Below, piece after piece: positions 1 to 12,051 of a DNA stretch of 64,000 bases (positions within the stretch are counted from its first letter, which is position 1; each line of letters starts with the position of its first letter). The notes beneath the pieces are model-generated. The model was not told the DNA's origin. It searched no databases and saw only the letters and a program-made list of their open reading frames with translations. This stretch comes from Octopus sinensis. Lineage: Eukaryota. The translations under genes and the position numbers were made by a program. The stretch is from positions 11,346,001-11,410,000 of the forward strand of contig NC_043017.1 in assembly GCF_006345805.1 (NCBI RefSeq), in the 5' to 3' direction.

Positions 1-214
1 TTTTTCCCTCTCAGTCCTTTCTGCTGAAGAGCATAGGCTCAAAACATCAAAGACATTTCCGTTTTTCCCAAACACCAAACTAATACACCTGCTTGTTGTT
101 CCCTCGCCACTCTTCATCTTTTGTTTTCTCTAAATTTAAACTATATACATGTGTGTGTGTGTGTGTGTATATATATTTATACAAACCTCAATATGAATGT
201 AATTTCTCTTCCAG

Positions 215-397
215 AAAAATGTTCTGTAGTTTCCATACCCAATGGCATCATTACATCAAACAGTTCCTCGACCGAACCAATCTCACACAAGACCTACATT
301 TACATAAAATGTTCGCCGGGTTTTCTTTTAGATGGAACAAGTTCTCTGTTTTGTAACTTTGGTAAATGGTCCTCAGAAATACCTTCCTGTGTTCCAA
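215..397 (+). CDS. CCP/Sushi exon A1 (internal exon; gene start lies upstream of the window)
   Basis: ttccag acceptor, A|GTAAGT donor, 183 nt, phase 1-1. KCSVVSIPNG...PISHKTYIYIKCSPGFLLDGTSSLFCNFGKWSSEIPSCVP: 4 Cys plus Trp of the CCP consensus. Confidence 0.93.
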
Positions 398-485
398 GTA
401 AGTTGTCCATGTTTTTGTTTCATTTCTAAAAATTAATGTCTTTATTTCTAAAAGAAAAAGAAAAAACAGAAATTTTTTTACACAT

Positions 486-884
486 AGGAGGAGCGGCTGT
501 GTGGTAAGTAGCTTGTTTTACCAACCACATGGTTTCGGGTTCAGTCCCACTGCGTGGCATCTTGGGCAAGTGTCTTCTACTATAGCCTCAGGCCGACCAA
601 AGCCTTGTGAGTGGATTTGATAGACGGAAACTGAAAGAAGCCCGTCGTATATGTGTGTATATATATATATGCCTGTGTGTGTTTGTGTGTGTCCCCCTAG
701 CATTGCTTGACAACCGATGCTGGTGTGTTTACGTCCCCGTTACTTAGCGGTTCGGCAAAAGAGACCGATAGAATAAGTACTGGGCTTACAAAATAATAAG
801 TCCCGGGGTCGAGTTGCTCGATTAAAGGCAGTGCTCCAGCATGGCCGCAGTCAAATGACTGAAACAAGTAAAAGAGTAAAAGAG
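486..884 (+). mobile_element. tRNA-derived SINE, family A, full length
   Basis: A-box/B-box-like head (GGCTGTGTGG...GGTTCAGTCCC), CTTGGGCAAG CORE-like segment, internal TA/TG microsatellite, GTAAAAGA-repeat tail. Many copies in the window. Confidence 0.85.
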
Positions 885-1139
885 AATATGTGTGTGTGTC
901 AGTATGTGTGTGTGTGTGTGTGCGAAAATTTTTCATGGCTATAATTCTAAGTTTCCACCATATAAGTCTAATACTGGGGCATATCAACCCATGGAAAAGA
1001 AACGGATATTAATACACATGGAACTGGCCCCATGCCTATTGTTTTTGCGATAAATATGCCACTGATCTATGAGGTCATCAGTTTCATTTCTGGCAGCACA
1101 CTGTGTCATCATCATTGTCATCATCATCATCATTTAAAT

Positions 1140-1505
1140 GTTCATGTCCTTTGCTAGCATGGGTTTGACGATGACAACGATGATGATGATGATGATAACA
1201 ATGACACTAATAATGATGATGGCGACAACAATGATGACGACAATGATCATGATGATGACAATAATAATGATGATGATGACGACGATGAAAATGATGACTG
1301 GCGACGATGACGATAATAATGATGATGATAATGACGATGATGACAATAATGAAAATGATGACAGTGGCGACAACGATGGCGATGACGATAATAATGATGG
1401 TGATAATGATGATGACGACGATGATGAAAATGATGACAGTGGCGATGACGATGACGATAATAATGATGGTGATAGTGATGATGACGACGACGATGATGAC
1501 AACTG
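1140..1505. repeat. Compound GAT/GAC/AAT microsatellite
   Basis: Source of the poly-D, poly-M and poly-S ORFs. Similar compound tracts at 34700-35240, 48345-48830 and 61060-61500. Long TA/CA tracts at 1825-2430, 26625-26970 and 60040-60810. Confidence 0.95.
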
Positions 1506-1826
1506 ATGATATCCATTTCATAAGGAAGTCCTCTCTTTTGAATTACACTCCAACGCTCTCGTGATGACCATTATGGTTCTAAGTGATCTCATTAGAGACT
1601 CTGACCACGGCAGACTTACAGCAACGCTTGACCATTCATCTCAATGAGCTCCTTCTGACTCTAATTAATAGGAAAAAAAATTGTTTATTTACTTATCTAT
1701 TTATTTTGCTTTTCATTGACGAATATTTGGAGCATTCATTAAGTGGTTAAGCATAAGTGTTGGATATTGAGTGACAACTTGAGCAGTGTGCTGGGGCATG
1801 AGGTGCTTCTTATCTGGTTAATCTGA

Positions 1827-1921
<95 letters not shown>

Positions 1922-2325
1922 TGCACATCCATGCATATGCACACATACGTATGAGTACACGTGTATATGTATATATATATATATATACGCACATATATAT
2001 GCGTATATATATACTCCCCCCCCACACATATGTATATCAGATTATATAGATAAAATCAGCATGTGCCAAGACAAGTGTACTTCTGTATCTGTGGTTTACA
2101 CACAAACACACACACACATACACACACATATATATATAAATATATATATAGGTATGTATGTATGTATATATATATATATATATATGTATGTATATATATA
2201 TGTATGTATATATGTATGTATATATATACACATATATATATATATATATATACATACATATATACATATATATACATAAATGTATACATATGTATATACA
2301 TGTATATACATACATACATACCTAC

Positions 2326-2358
<33 letters not shown>

Positions 2359-2709
2359 CATCGATAATGATGATGATGATATACAATGTATGTATATGTG
2401 TGTGTGTGTGTATATACACACACACACACATAAAAAGTGTCGTCTGCCTGATCTCCTATTGCAATATGATACGTCTCTTGCCTTGTGTTCATTCTATACA
2501 TTTTAATTAAAGACCGTTTAATGAGCTACAACTTAGCTGAAAAGTTTTAATAATACATAGAACAAGCAAAATGTTTAAAGGTATTAAGCCATGGTCTCAC
2601 TTTCTCTCTCTCTCTCTCTCTCTCTCCCTCTCTCTCTCTCTCTTTTCCTCTCTCTCTCTGTTCTGTGTTCAAATCATAACAGTTTTAACAAAATTATTAA
2701 CAGTGGTAT

Positions 2710-3035
2710 CTTGGGCAAGTGTCTTCTGCTATAGCCCCGGGCCGACCAATGCCTTGTGAGTGGATTTGGTAGACGGAAACTGAAAGAAGCCTGTCGTATA
2801 TATGTATATATATATATATATGTATGTGTGTTTGTGTGACTGTGTTTGTCCCCCTAGCATTGCTTGACAACCGAGGCTGGTGTGTTTACATCCCCGTCAC
2901 TTACCGGTTCGGCAAAAGAGACCGATAGAATAAGTACTGGGCTTACAAAGAATAAGTCCCGGGGTCGATTTGCTCGACTAAAGGCGGTGCTCCAGCATGG
3001 CCGTAGTGAAAATGACTGAAACAAGTAAAAGAGAG
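2710..3035 (+). mobile_element. SINE family A, 5' truncated
   Basis: Near-identical to 486-884 from the CTTGGGCAAG segment onward. Confidence 0.85.
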
Positions 3036-3992
3036 AGAGAGAGTCAAATGAATGAAAGAGTTTCTATGTTGTTGATCATCGTGAGAGAAATAGCAATCTA
3101 ATTTTTCTTGAATCACACTCAACTGTATTGTTAAAAAAAAAAGAGAAGGATGCATTAAAGGGGTTAGTCTCACATAAATCAGATAACCTTATTTTCCTCT
3201 AGTACAACAGAATCGGTATCCTAAAACCAAGGCGCCACATAAAGATCATTGGTGCGAGTGCTGGTGCCACGTAAATGGAACTCAGTACATTTGTGAAGTG
3301 GTTGGTGTTAGGAAGGGCATTCCTACTGTAGAAACCAAGCGAAAACAGCCTATGGAACCTGGTGAGGTCCTTGGCCTTGCCAGTTCCTGTCAAGCTGTCC
3401 AACCCATGCCAGCATGGAAAATGAACGTTAAATAATGATGACGATAATAAACTTGATACAAAACCACACTTCCCTAATAAACCTTATCCCATGCCATATT
3501 AAAAAAAAAAAAGGATGAAAGGTCTTTCCTGAGTCATGGGCTCTTAAGCTGGTTTTGCAGATTCTGTGGTGTATATATTCCTCTCTGGACAGGATGCCAG
3601 TCTGTCACACGATTACCCAATTTTGCCATCCAAGTGGATTGTAGTAATGGGAAATGAAGCATTTTGCTCAAAAACACAATGCAATGCCTGGTTCAGGAAT
3701 TGAAACCACAATCTTACATTCACATATCCATCGCCTTCAACATTAAGCTATGTGCCACCATTCTATCAAGCCATATTCTTCCCCTACAAATCTGATACAA
3801 AATCACATTCCAGTATAAACTTCATAAATGACTGCATGCCCCCTATAGACATAATATAAGACCCGTTCCCCATATAAACTAGATACAAGACCACATTCCA
3901 CTTAATAGCCATTGTACCAGACCAGATTCTTCCCCCTATAGACCCCCTTCCCCTGTAAACTCAATACAAGGCCATATTCTATCTAATTGCAG

Positions 3993-4187
3993 TGCACTGT
4001 CAGCCTGACGATGTGGACAATGGTATTCTCATCCACGAAGGAGTTGTGGTCCAATCCAGTAAGAAGATCCCTCATGAAGACACGATAATGGTCAGCTGTA
4101 TAAATGGTTACACTGTGTCTACAGATTTCTCTCACCTGACTTGTCAATTTGGTAAATGGTCTAGTCCATTCCCTTCATGTGAACCAG
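3993..4187 (+). CDS. CCP/Sushi exon A2
   Basis: ttgcag acceptor, G|GTAAGA donor, 195 nt. HCQPDDVDNG...KIPHEDTIMVSCINGYTVSTDFSHLTCQFGKWSSPFPSCEP. Confidence 0.93.
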
Positions 4188-4677
4188 GTAAGAACAATTA
4201 AATTTATAAATTTTTCCGGATTTAATGACTATAGACATGGTTGTCTGGTTAAGAAGATCACTTTGCAAAAACATTGTTTTGAGGGTTCAATCTCAATATG
4301 CAGCACCTTGATTAAGGGTCTTCAACTCTAGTCCTGGCTTGATCAATGCCTTCTAAGTGAATTTGGTTGATGGAAATATCTCAACTTAAAATCTGTAAAC
4401 AAGAGTAGAATCGATAATGTGAATTATGAAATTGGGGATAATTTTCCTAAACTAGATTTTGACTCTTTAAGTAAAAGTAATTCTGACTCTGATAATACAG
4501 CTAACATCTGGTTTTGATATTATTTATAACAATAATAATAATCCTGCCTTAACACCTAATTCTGAGAAGAGAACTTGTTGGAATTCTTTAAACCATGAAT
4601 ACCAAATTCAAGTGAATAAATGTCTGTCTAATTATAAAAACAAAACTGTCCTTTAGAAAATCAGTGTTTAATAAAAT

Positions 4678-5003
4678 ATAGTCTACCAATGTAAGGTAAT
4701 AATAGGAGAACATAAGTATTATTACATAGGTTCATCACTACAATTTGGAAATCGAGATTTTATAATCATTCTCTATTCTACAAATCTTAGTAAATGCATT
4801 TGCGACTTAAAAGATAAGAACATTAAGTATGATTTAAAATGGTCCATTATTAGTAACACCCCCAACGTAAAATATTGGCAATTCTACATGTGATCTTTGC
4901 CTTGAAGAAATGTATTATATAATTACTTCTAAATTAATTTTATTAAATTTTAATGGGAATTTTACAATGAAATGTTGTCATAAATTTCGGAAAGCATTTA
5001 AAT
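4678..5003 (+). mobile_element. Penelope-like element GIY-YIG endonuclease remnant
   Basis: IVYQCKV...YYYIGSS, then LKDKNIKYDLKWSII, then GNSTCDLCLEE...MKCCH, with frameshifts. Confidence 0.65.
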
Positions 5004-5637
5004 GTTCCAATTCTTAATTATAATTGCTTTTTATCTATTATATAATAAGCATAATTTTTCTGAAAAGCTTACTATATTTAATAAATAGATAACTAATTGT
5101 CTTGATGCTAAATCTCCATGTTTATAATTGTCTTAATGTAGAAATCTTATGTTCATTCTTTATTCTTTCATTATCCACTAATGTCGAATACAAAAATATG
5201 TTCTTTTTGTAGGCGTTTGTGTACTGGAAATATTTCCTTAGTTTACTTTGAATTTAACTAATTTTGGATCACCTTGAAAATGTTGTGCTAACATGTATTT
5301 TTGAATATATAAATTTTAAAGGTTTTTTTTCTGTTTCTAAATATGCTGACACAACAAAAACAATTCTTAGCTTTGTGTGTGTGTGTGGGGGGGGGGGATG
5401 GAATTCTACAATTAAAGATGTAATTTTCTCTATTCATATTTTGTTTTATATATATATATATGCCTACTCCTCAAATTCGCCTCCACTCACTCTCTCTGCA
5501 CACATAACACTTTTGATGCATCACAACTCGCTCAAGGTTTTGGGAAGCAAGAGACATAACTCTTGATAAACCTCTCAGTTGTCTCCCACATTATCCATTT
5601 CATCTTTTTCATGTTTTGTCTTTTTTTCACCCACAAA

Positions 5638-5847
5638 TTGAATGTGACACTTCCTCACTCCATTACCAGAAAATAGTTGCCATTTTTTCCCCCATACCTG
5701 CCAACTCTGACAAGAAAGTTATTAAATATTCATCTGGCAACCTAATATCTGGTGTGAAACTGATTTGTAAGGTTGGCTGTAATGGGTCTGGTTCTTACAT
5801 CATTTTCCATATAATCATAGACAGCTATTTAGCTTGTGTTAAGCCTC
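5638..5847 (+). pseudogene. Probable decayed CCP pseudo-exon between A2 and A3
   Basis: Pyrimidine tract ends ccacaaa (AA where AG is expected). Frame reads IECDTSSLHYQKIV...VKLICKVGCNGSGSYIIFHIIIDSYLACVKP: C1, C2 and C4 at CCP-like spacing, C3 and Trp absent, no donor. Confidence 0.45.
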
Positions 5848-5913
5848 ATTCGGATATGTGGTACTGACAAGTCACAAAAAGGATGAAACAGTGACATCTA
5901 TTACTCCTGAAAG

Positions 5914-6148
5914 AAGGTGGTGAGCTGGCAGAAACGTTAGCACACCGGACAACATGCGTAGCCATATTTTGTCTGTCATTATGTTCCGAGTTCAAATTCC
6001 ACCAGGGTCGACTTTGCCTTTCATCCTTTCGGGGGTCGATAAATTAAGTACCAGTTACGCACTGGGGTCGATGTAATCGACTTAATCCATTTGTCTGTCC
6101 TTGTTTGTCCCCTCTGTGTTTAGCCCCTTGTGGGTAGCACAGAAATAT
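5914..6148 (+). mobile_element. tRNA-derived SINE, family D (Nin/Deu-like central segment)
   Basis: 14-bp TSD ATTACTCCTGAAAG at 5900-5913 and 6149-6162. Core GGTCGACTTTGCCTTTCATCCTTTCGGGGTCGATAAA; the Nin/Deu resemblance is from recall. Confidence 0.85.
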
Positions 6149-6754
6149 ATTACTCCTGAAAGGAGACCTTATGTGAGTTATCTCACCTGTCTATAACTCT
6201 CAGGTGTTTTAACGTCAGGTGCATTGATGAGAATATATTCTCTTATGCCGATAAGTGCAGCTTAGACACAAACTAACCAAAGACATACCTTGTGTATGTG
6301 TGTTTGATATTATTTATATCCCTTCAGCTGCTTCTAATTCACATTTTAATTTTTTCTGTGGTATGAAATGAGATACATTAGCCTCCAGCAGATGGTGCTT
6401 TCACCATTTTGCATGTAGCCATATGCAACTTATAACATAAGCACTGGTGCAGACAGGTAAAATAATTTATTATATACTAAAATAAATTATTTTCCATGAT
6501 GTTGGCTGTGAAATGATTGTAACCTTATGGATATCATCTGGTGACATAAATATATTCATCGCATATCTCCTGGATTTCTTTATGTTCTATATGTATTTGT
6601 TTGTGTGTGTGTGTGAGGTTGTGTTAACCTCATGAAGGGATAGTTTCACTGAAGGAAATGTTGCTTCAATACCTAGTATTTTTTTCGGAATTAATTTTCT
6701 TAAAATGATAGGTATATATATATATATAAAAACATATAGTTTATATTCGTACAA

Positions 6755-6890
6755 AAGAAGAAAAAGAAAATGGAGGTTGGGAAGTTAATAATTGTTTATT
6801 ATTAACAGCAAATTAATCATCTTCCCTGTTAATCATTGCCGTTAATAATAAATAATTATTAATTTTCTAATCTCCGTTTTCTTTTTCTTC

Positions 6891-6892
<2 letters not shown>
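6755..6892. repeat. Imperfect inverted repeat, about 57-bp arms
   Basis: AAGAAGAAAAAGAAAATGGAG...CAGCAA pairs with TTGCCG...CTCCGTTTTCTTTTTCTTCTT. Confidence 0.8.
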
Positions 6893-6928
<36 letters not shown>

Positions 6929-6932
<4 letters not shown>

Positions 6933-7251
6933 GAAATGAAGAAAATGCTGACAAAATAGTTTAAGTAAGGGAGAGTGTATTTAATTAGGTGAAAGTTCTT
7001 TTTACCGGTTGCGCATTTGGTATGCTTATCAAAAGATATTTTTTTAAGAGAGATAGAGTTCCTTTCTGATAGATTTTTTTTCTCTTATCAGATAAGAGAA
7101 AAAAAATCTATCAGAAAGGAACTCTATCTCTCTTAAAAAAATATCTTTTGATAAGCATACCAAATGCGCAACCGGTAAAAAGAACTTTCACCTAATTAAA
7201 TACACTCTCCCTTACTTAAACTATTTTGTCAGCATTTTCTTCATTTCCTTT
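6929..7251. repeat. Perfect 323-bp palindrome, copy 1
   Basis: 161-bp arms around a single A at 7090, flanked by TA-rich sequence. Confidence 0.9.
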
Positions 7252-7293
7252 TTTTATATATCACAACTCGTGTTCCACATCTCCTTTTTTAAA

Positions 7294-7333
<40 letters not shown>

Positions 7334-7337
<4 letters not shown>

Positions 7338-7656
7338 GAAATGAAGAAAATGCTGACAAAATAGTTTAAGTAAGGGAGAGTGTATTTAATTAGGTGAAAG
7401 TTCTTTTTACCGGTTGCGCATTTGGTATGCTTATCAAAAGATATTTTTTTAAGAGAGATAGAGTTCCTTTCTGATAGATTTTTTTTCTCTTATCAGATAA
7501 GAGAAAAAAAATCTATCAGAAAGGAACTCTATCTCTCTTAAAAAAATATCTTTTGATAAGCATACCAAATGCGCAACCGGTAAAAAGAACTTTCACCTAA
7601 TTAAATACACTCTCCCTTACTTAAACTATTTTGTCAGCATTTTCTTCATTTCCTTT
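7334..7656. repeat. Perfect 323-bp palindrome, copy 2 (tandem duplicate, 405-bp period)
   Basis: Centre at 7495; identical to copy 1 and with the same 3' flank CACAACTCGTGTTCCACATC. Confidence 0.9.
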
Positions 7657-7694
7657 TTTTATATATCACAACTCGTGTTCCACATCTCCTTTTT

Positions 7695-7729
<35 letters not shown>

Positions 7730-7879
7730 ATATATGTATATATGCATACATATATACACACACAAATTATACACACACAAACACACACACATCACATCAC
7801 ACATCCAGTGATTTTTCCCAAACATTAATCTTTCTCTCTTATCTCTTCTTCCATTTTCTCTTCGTCTTCTTCATCCAAG

Positions 7880-8071
7880 AGCCATGTGTTCCACACAAAG
7901 TTCCAAATGGAAGAGTCTTCTATTCTGGCCAAGACATTTCAGCAGAAACCAAAGTCCACGACAGCCACACAGCAACAGTCATCTGTGGTTCCGATTACAT
8001 ACTGCATGGTGAAAATGCATTGACCTGCTCGAAAGGGGTTTGGTCTCATGACTTTCCTTCATGTCTCCCTA
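7880..8071 (+). CDS. CCP/Sushi exon A3
   Basis: Pyrimidine tract then ccaag acceptor, A|GTAAGT donor, 192 nt. PCVPHKVPNG...KVHDSHTATVICGSDYILHGENALTCSKGVWSHDFPSCLP. Confidence 0.93.
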
Positions 8072-8244
8072 GTAAGTTTTAATCATTTCATTTTTAATTA
8101 ATATCATATTTTGGCCAGTAAATACACCTAAACTGATGACCATGGAGAAAGAAGATTTAAATGGAACCAACATTCAAAGGTTTACGGAGATGTACTTGCA
8201 TAGCAAGTGATTTGATCTGAGATCGTGTGCTGACACGAAAACAA

Positions 8245-8493
8245 TTGCAGTGTGGAAGGTGTTTGTAAGCCATTTAAGAAACACACAAAGGCCGTTCGAT
8301 TCACTTCAACATTTAAGTTTAATTTGTCAAAATATTTTCGTCGCTTTAAGACTGCGACCTGTTTTTTGTCAGTGAACAGGTCGCGGTTTTAAAGCGACGA
8401 AAATATTTTGACAAATTAAACTTAAATGTTGAAGTGAATCGAACAGCTTTTGTGTGTTTCTTAAATGGCTTACAAACACCTTCCACGCTGCAA
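8245..8493. repeat. Hairpin element, about 119-bp arms, 11-nt loop
   Basis: Arms 8245-8363 and 8375-8493. A second family member lies at 37941-38262. Confidence 0.85.
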
Positions 8494-9286
8494 CATTAAA
8501 AGAAAAACCATTTATTTATACCACTTTCATCCGAAGAATATTCTGTTCAGCATGAGAATTTTTCAGTCATCAAAAAGTTGCAATTTTTGCCTCATCCAAA
8601 AAGCCGGTGCCTCATTGATTATGATGACAAGGGTTCCTGTTAATCCGGTCAATGGATCAGCCACTTCAGAAATTAACGTACAAGTGGCTGAGTACTCCTC
8701 AGACACGTGTACCCTTAACATAGGTCAGAAGGCGATTCAGCATGACACAGAATGCAACGAGGCTGGCCCCATTGAATTACAGGTACAATTCATTTTAGCC
8801 AGCTGAGTGGATTGAAGCAATGTAGAATAAAGTGTCTTGCTCAAGGACACAACGCGTCGCCTGGAATTGAACTCATGACCATACAATTGTGAACAGAATA
8901 CCCTAACCACTAAGCCACATGAGCCTTCACAGATATGAACATTGTGAGTGTGTGTATGTGTGTGTGTGTGTGTATGCATTATCTTGGTGTTTGTCCCCAC
9001 CACTACTTGAAAACCTGTGTAGGTTTGTTTATGTCCCTGTAGTTCAGTAAAAATATGCCAATAAAATGAGTACGAGGCTTGTAAAAATGGAAGTACTGGG
9101 GTTGATTTGTTTTGACTAAACCCTTCAAGGCAATGCTCCAGCCTGGCCACAGCTCACTGACTGAAACAAGACATAGAATAATGGAATAAAAGAATTTTTA
9201 AAATGCCAAAAAAAAAAATGCTTTATTAATTTACAGTTCATTAATGGTAAACAAAATAGTTTCATTTCTTAATATTTCTTCTGCAG

Positions 9287-9478
9287 AATTCTGTTCCAGT
9301 CAGTTAGTTGCTCAAGGAGAAGTTCTATATTTTGGCAAAGAACTCCAGAAAGAGACCAATATTGAACACCGCTCAAGTGTGTATATCAGCTGTAAACCTG
9401 GATATGTCAACATTGGATCCACCAAAGTGACGTGTTCTTATGGACATTGGTCACAAAACTTTCCTACATGTGTTCCAA
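9287..9478 (+). CDS. CCP/Sushi exon A4
   Basis: ctgcag acceptor, A|GTGAGT donor, 192 nt. FCSSQLVAQG...NIEHRSSVYISCKPGYVNIGSTKVTCSYGHWSQNFPTCVP. Confidence 0.93.
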
Positions 9479-10004
9479 GTGAGTAATTTTGGTTTCCATT
9501 TATTCCTTTTAATATTCCATCCACCAACCACTGTCTTGCTTCTAAAATGTAAGTCACCACTGTAGCCCCTCTACAGCAAGAAAATCCTGCTCTGGCCCTT
9601 TTCTTTCATACCTTATCATTCTCTACTCCTTATTCTCCTAGCATAAACTGTGAACCTCAGTTCAGGTTCATAGTCTTACAAGCTACACAGAGACCTTACC
9701 GGTGCCTGTGGTATGAAGAAAAAAAAACACCCAGTCCATATTGTGAAATGTGGTTGGCATTAGGAAAAGCCATAGAAACCATTCCAAACAAACACCAGAA
9801 CATGAGGTGGTACTTGGGCCCATCGGAACTTGCCAAACCTTTTGACTTATTCCAGCATGGAACATACACATTAAATGATGATGCTGATGATGATGTTGAT
9901 GATGATGTTGATGATCTCAATGTTTTTATTATTAATTTTATTTTTTTCTATTCACTTTTATGTTTGAAAATTTTTCTTGAGCTCCAGGACTCAAGGCTGG
10001 TTGC

Positions 10005-10067
10005 TCAGTTTCCATAGTTACCCAGTTTCCATGGTTACCCAGTTTCCATTGTTACCCAGTTTCCATG
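10005..10067. repeat. 17-bp tandem repeat, about 4 units
   Basis: AGTTTCCATNGTTACCC repeated. Confidence 0.8.
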
Positions 10068-11035
10068 GTGCACAAGTGGCTGACATCACAACATTCCCAT
10101 TGAACAGGATGCCAGGTCATTGCAGGGTCTGAGAGCAATACTTTTTGAGGAGAGGGGACATGTCAGTTACAGCAACCCCAGCACTTAACTGGTACTTTAT
10201 TTCATTAACCCCAAAAGGCCGAAGGACAAAGTTGACTTTGTGGGGCTTGAACTCAAAATGCAAAAAAAACCCAGAAGAAATGCTTCTAAGCACCCCATCT
10301 GCCTTTGCTCTCTATGCAGCATCAACCATCACTGTCTCTTCTCTTCTGTTCTCAACACAGGGTTGTCTTTTCTAGTTCTCTCCAGTTGTGCGGTCTTGAT
10401 TTTTCAGCTCTGTCTCAGTATCTCATCTCCAGCTATTTTTAGGGCATCCTCTCTTCCATCTCCCTTATGGGTTCCAGGTCAGATCCTGACATGCCATACA
10501 TTTCCTTAAGGGAAGGTCTTCCTCTTTCTGGTTTCGTTAGTTTTGAAGTTTCACCAATGCTTCAGGACCTTTGCTTTTCATCTTGCTAGGGGCATTGGTC
10601 CAACACATAGCCATTTTTACTTCTGAGATTAGCTGGTCCTTATTAATCTGGTCTGTATCTTTTGACCTATCCTGCATGAGAAGAAGCCCTACCAGGAGCT
10701 TGTGCTCCACTGGCACAGTCCTCAGGGCCATTGTGGTATAAAAGCCACCACATCACAACTCTCCATACTCTTTTCCTCAATGGCATCTGTTACTCTCTCT
10801 CCTACTCTTGTCTCTCAACAATATGTCTGCTCCCCTCATTGTACTTTATCCTCCGACTCTCTCATAACCTCATCTAGGATCCTCACACCCCTCTCTCTTC
10901 CTCCTCGTCTTCACTTACAAGGGCCCCCCATTAGCCTAATTTGTCTTGTATAAGTTGCTGGTCCCATGAAAAAGAAATCCATTCAGTGCATTCCACAAAG
11001 TGGTTGTTGTTAGGAAGCACATCCAGCAGCAGCAG

Positions 11036-11190
11036 TGGTCGGAGGATCGCAGTTTCGATTCCCAGACCGGGCGTTGTGTGTGTTTATTGAGCAAAAACAC
11101 CTAAAGCTCCACGAGGCTCTGGCAGGAGGTGGTGGCGACCCCTGTTGTACTCTTTCACCCCAACTTTCTCTCACTCTTTCTTCCTGTTTC
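11036..11190 (+). mobile_element. SINE family B, 5' fragment
   Basis: Matches the family B head to CTTCCTGTTTC, then diverges. Confidence 0.7.
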
Positions 11191-11841
11191 TTGTCCCTGA
11201 CTTCCTACGCAACCGCTGAGCCTGGATGTGCATTCATCCATCCGTCAATGCTCTCGGTGTCGGGGGTTGACCTGCTTTCTCTTCTGCAGGTCTTACGAAT
11301 AGCAAAGGACCATGTTTCGGACTTCTCCCACTACAGAGGTGCAATCTTGCGAGCTTTGGGACGAAGACCACTTTGCTCAACAGCAACAACAACAGCAGCA
11401 GCAGCAGCTGTTCAAGAATTTGGACCTGGAGATCTCCATTTCCAGTGACTTCGAGGGCCACCTCCCAGTGGTGTCGGGCGTCAATGAAGAGCCCTCAACT
11501 ATAACAAGACGACCAAAGTTTTTTGTTTTTTTTCCAAGGTCTGGGGTCTCCTGCCCCTAAGCCCTAGACCATCACCTAATCACCCTTACCCGTCTTGTTG
11601 CTTAACAAGAACAACAGCAGCAGCAGGAACCTTGAGGAAGATAAACTTTGGAACATGATGCTTCTCTCTGGCTCCTCTGATCCTACTAAACCATCAAACT
11701 CAAGCCAGTATGGAAATAAAAATGTTAAAAATGTTGAATATGATGATGATGATGATGATGACAATGATGATAGTGATGAATCTACAAAAGTATACATTTC
11801 TTTTCTTTTCTCTTCCTTTTCTTTTCTCTGCAAAATTTCAG

Positions 11842-12051
11842 GTAGTTGTCATGCACAGACAGTTCTTCATGGAATGGTAAAATATCTGGAACAGAAATTA
11901 ATAAACGTCTGTTCAACATTATCCGATGGTTTAGTGTCACACAGTCATGTCGTATCGATAAAGTGTTTAGAGGGTTTCAAATTACAAGGAACCGACATTC
12001 TCACCTGCAAGTTTGGAAACTGGAGTGACAAGTTCCCAGAATGTCATCCAG
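11842..12051 (+). CDS. CCP/Sushi exon A5 (fifth Cys in the variable loop)
   Basis: tttcag acceptor, G|GTAATT donor, 210 nt. SCHAQTVLHGMVKYLEQKLINVCSTLSDGLVSHSHVVSIKCLEGFKLQGTDILTCKFGNWSDKFPECHP. Confidence 0.92.

Noticed and set aside
486-560. tRNA-like sequences at SINE heads
   Set aside because: A/B-box-like motifs are present but there is no complete cloverleaf, and each continues into a SINE body; not called as tRNA genes.
1134-1564. Poly-Asp, poly-Ser and poly-His ORFs
   Set aside because: All frames of a compound trinucleotide microsatellite inside an intron; no splice signals or domain. The same applies to ORFs at 34485-35310, 48255-48973 and 61035-61597.
1739-2510. Many overlapping YIYI/VCVC ORFs
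   Set aside because: TA/CA dinucleotide tracts contain no stop codons in these frames; artefacts. Likewise 26587-27011 and 60040-60867.
11312-11560. Poly-Gln ORF
   Set aside because: The segment after the CAG run recurs at about 47260-47320, so it is an interspersed repeat fragment, not an exon.
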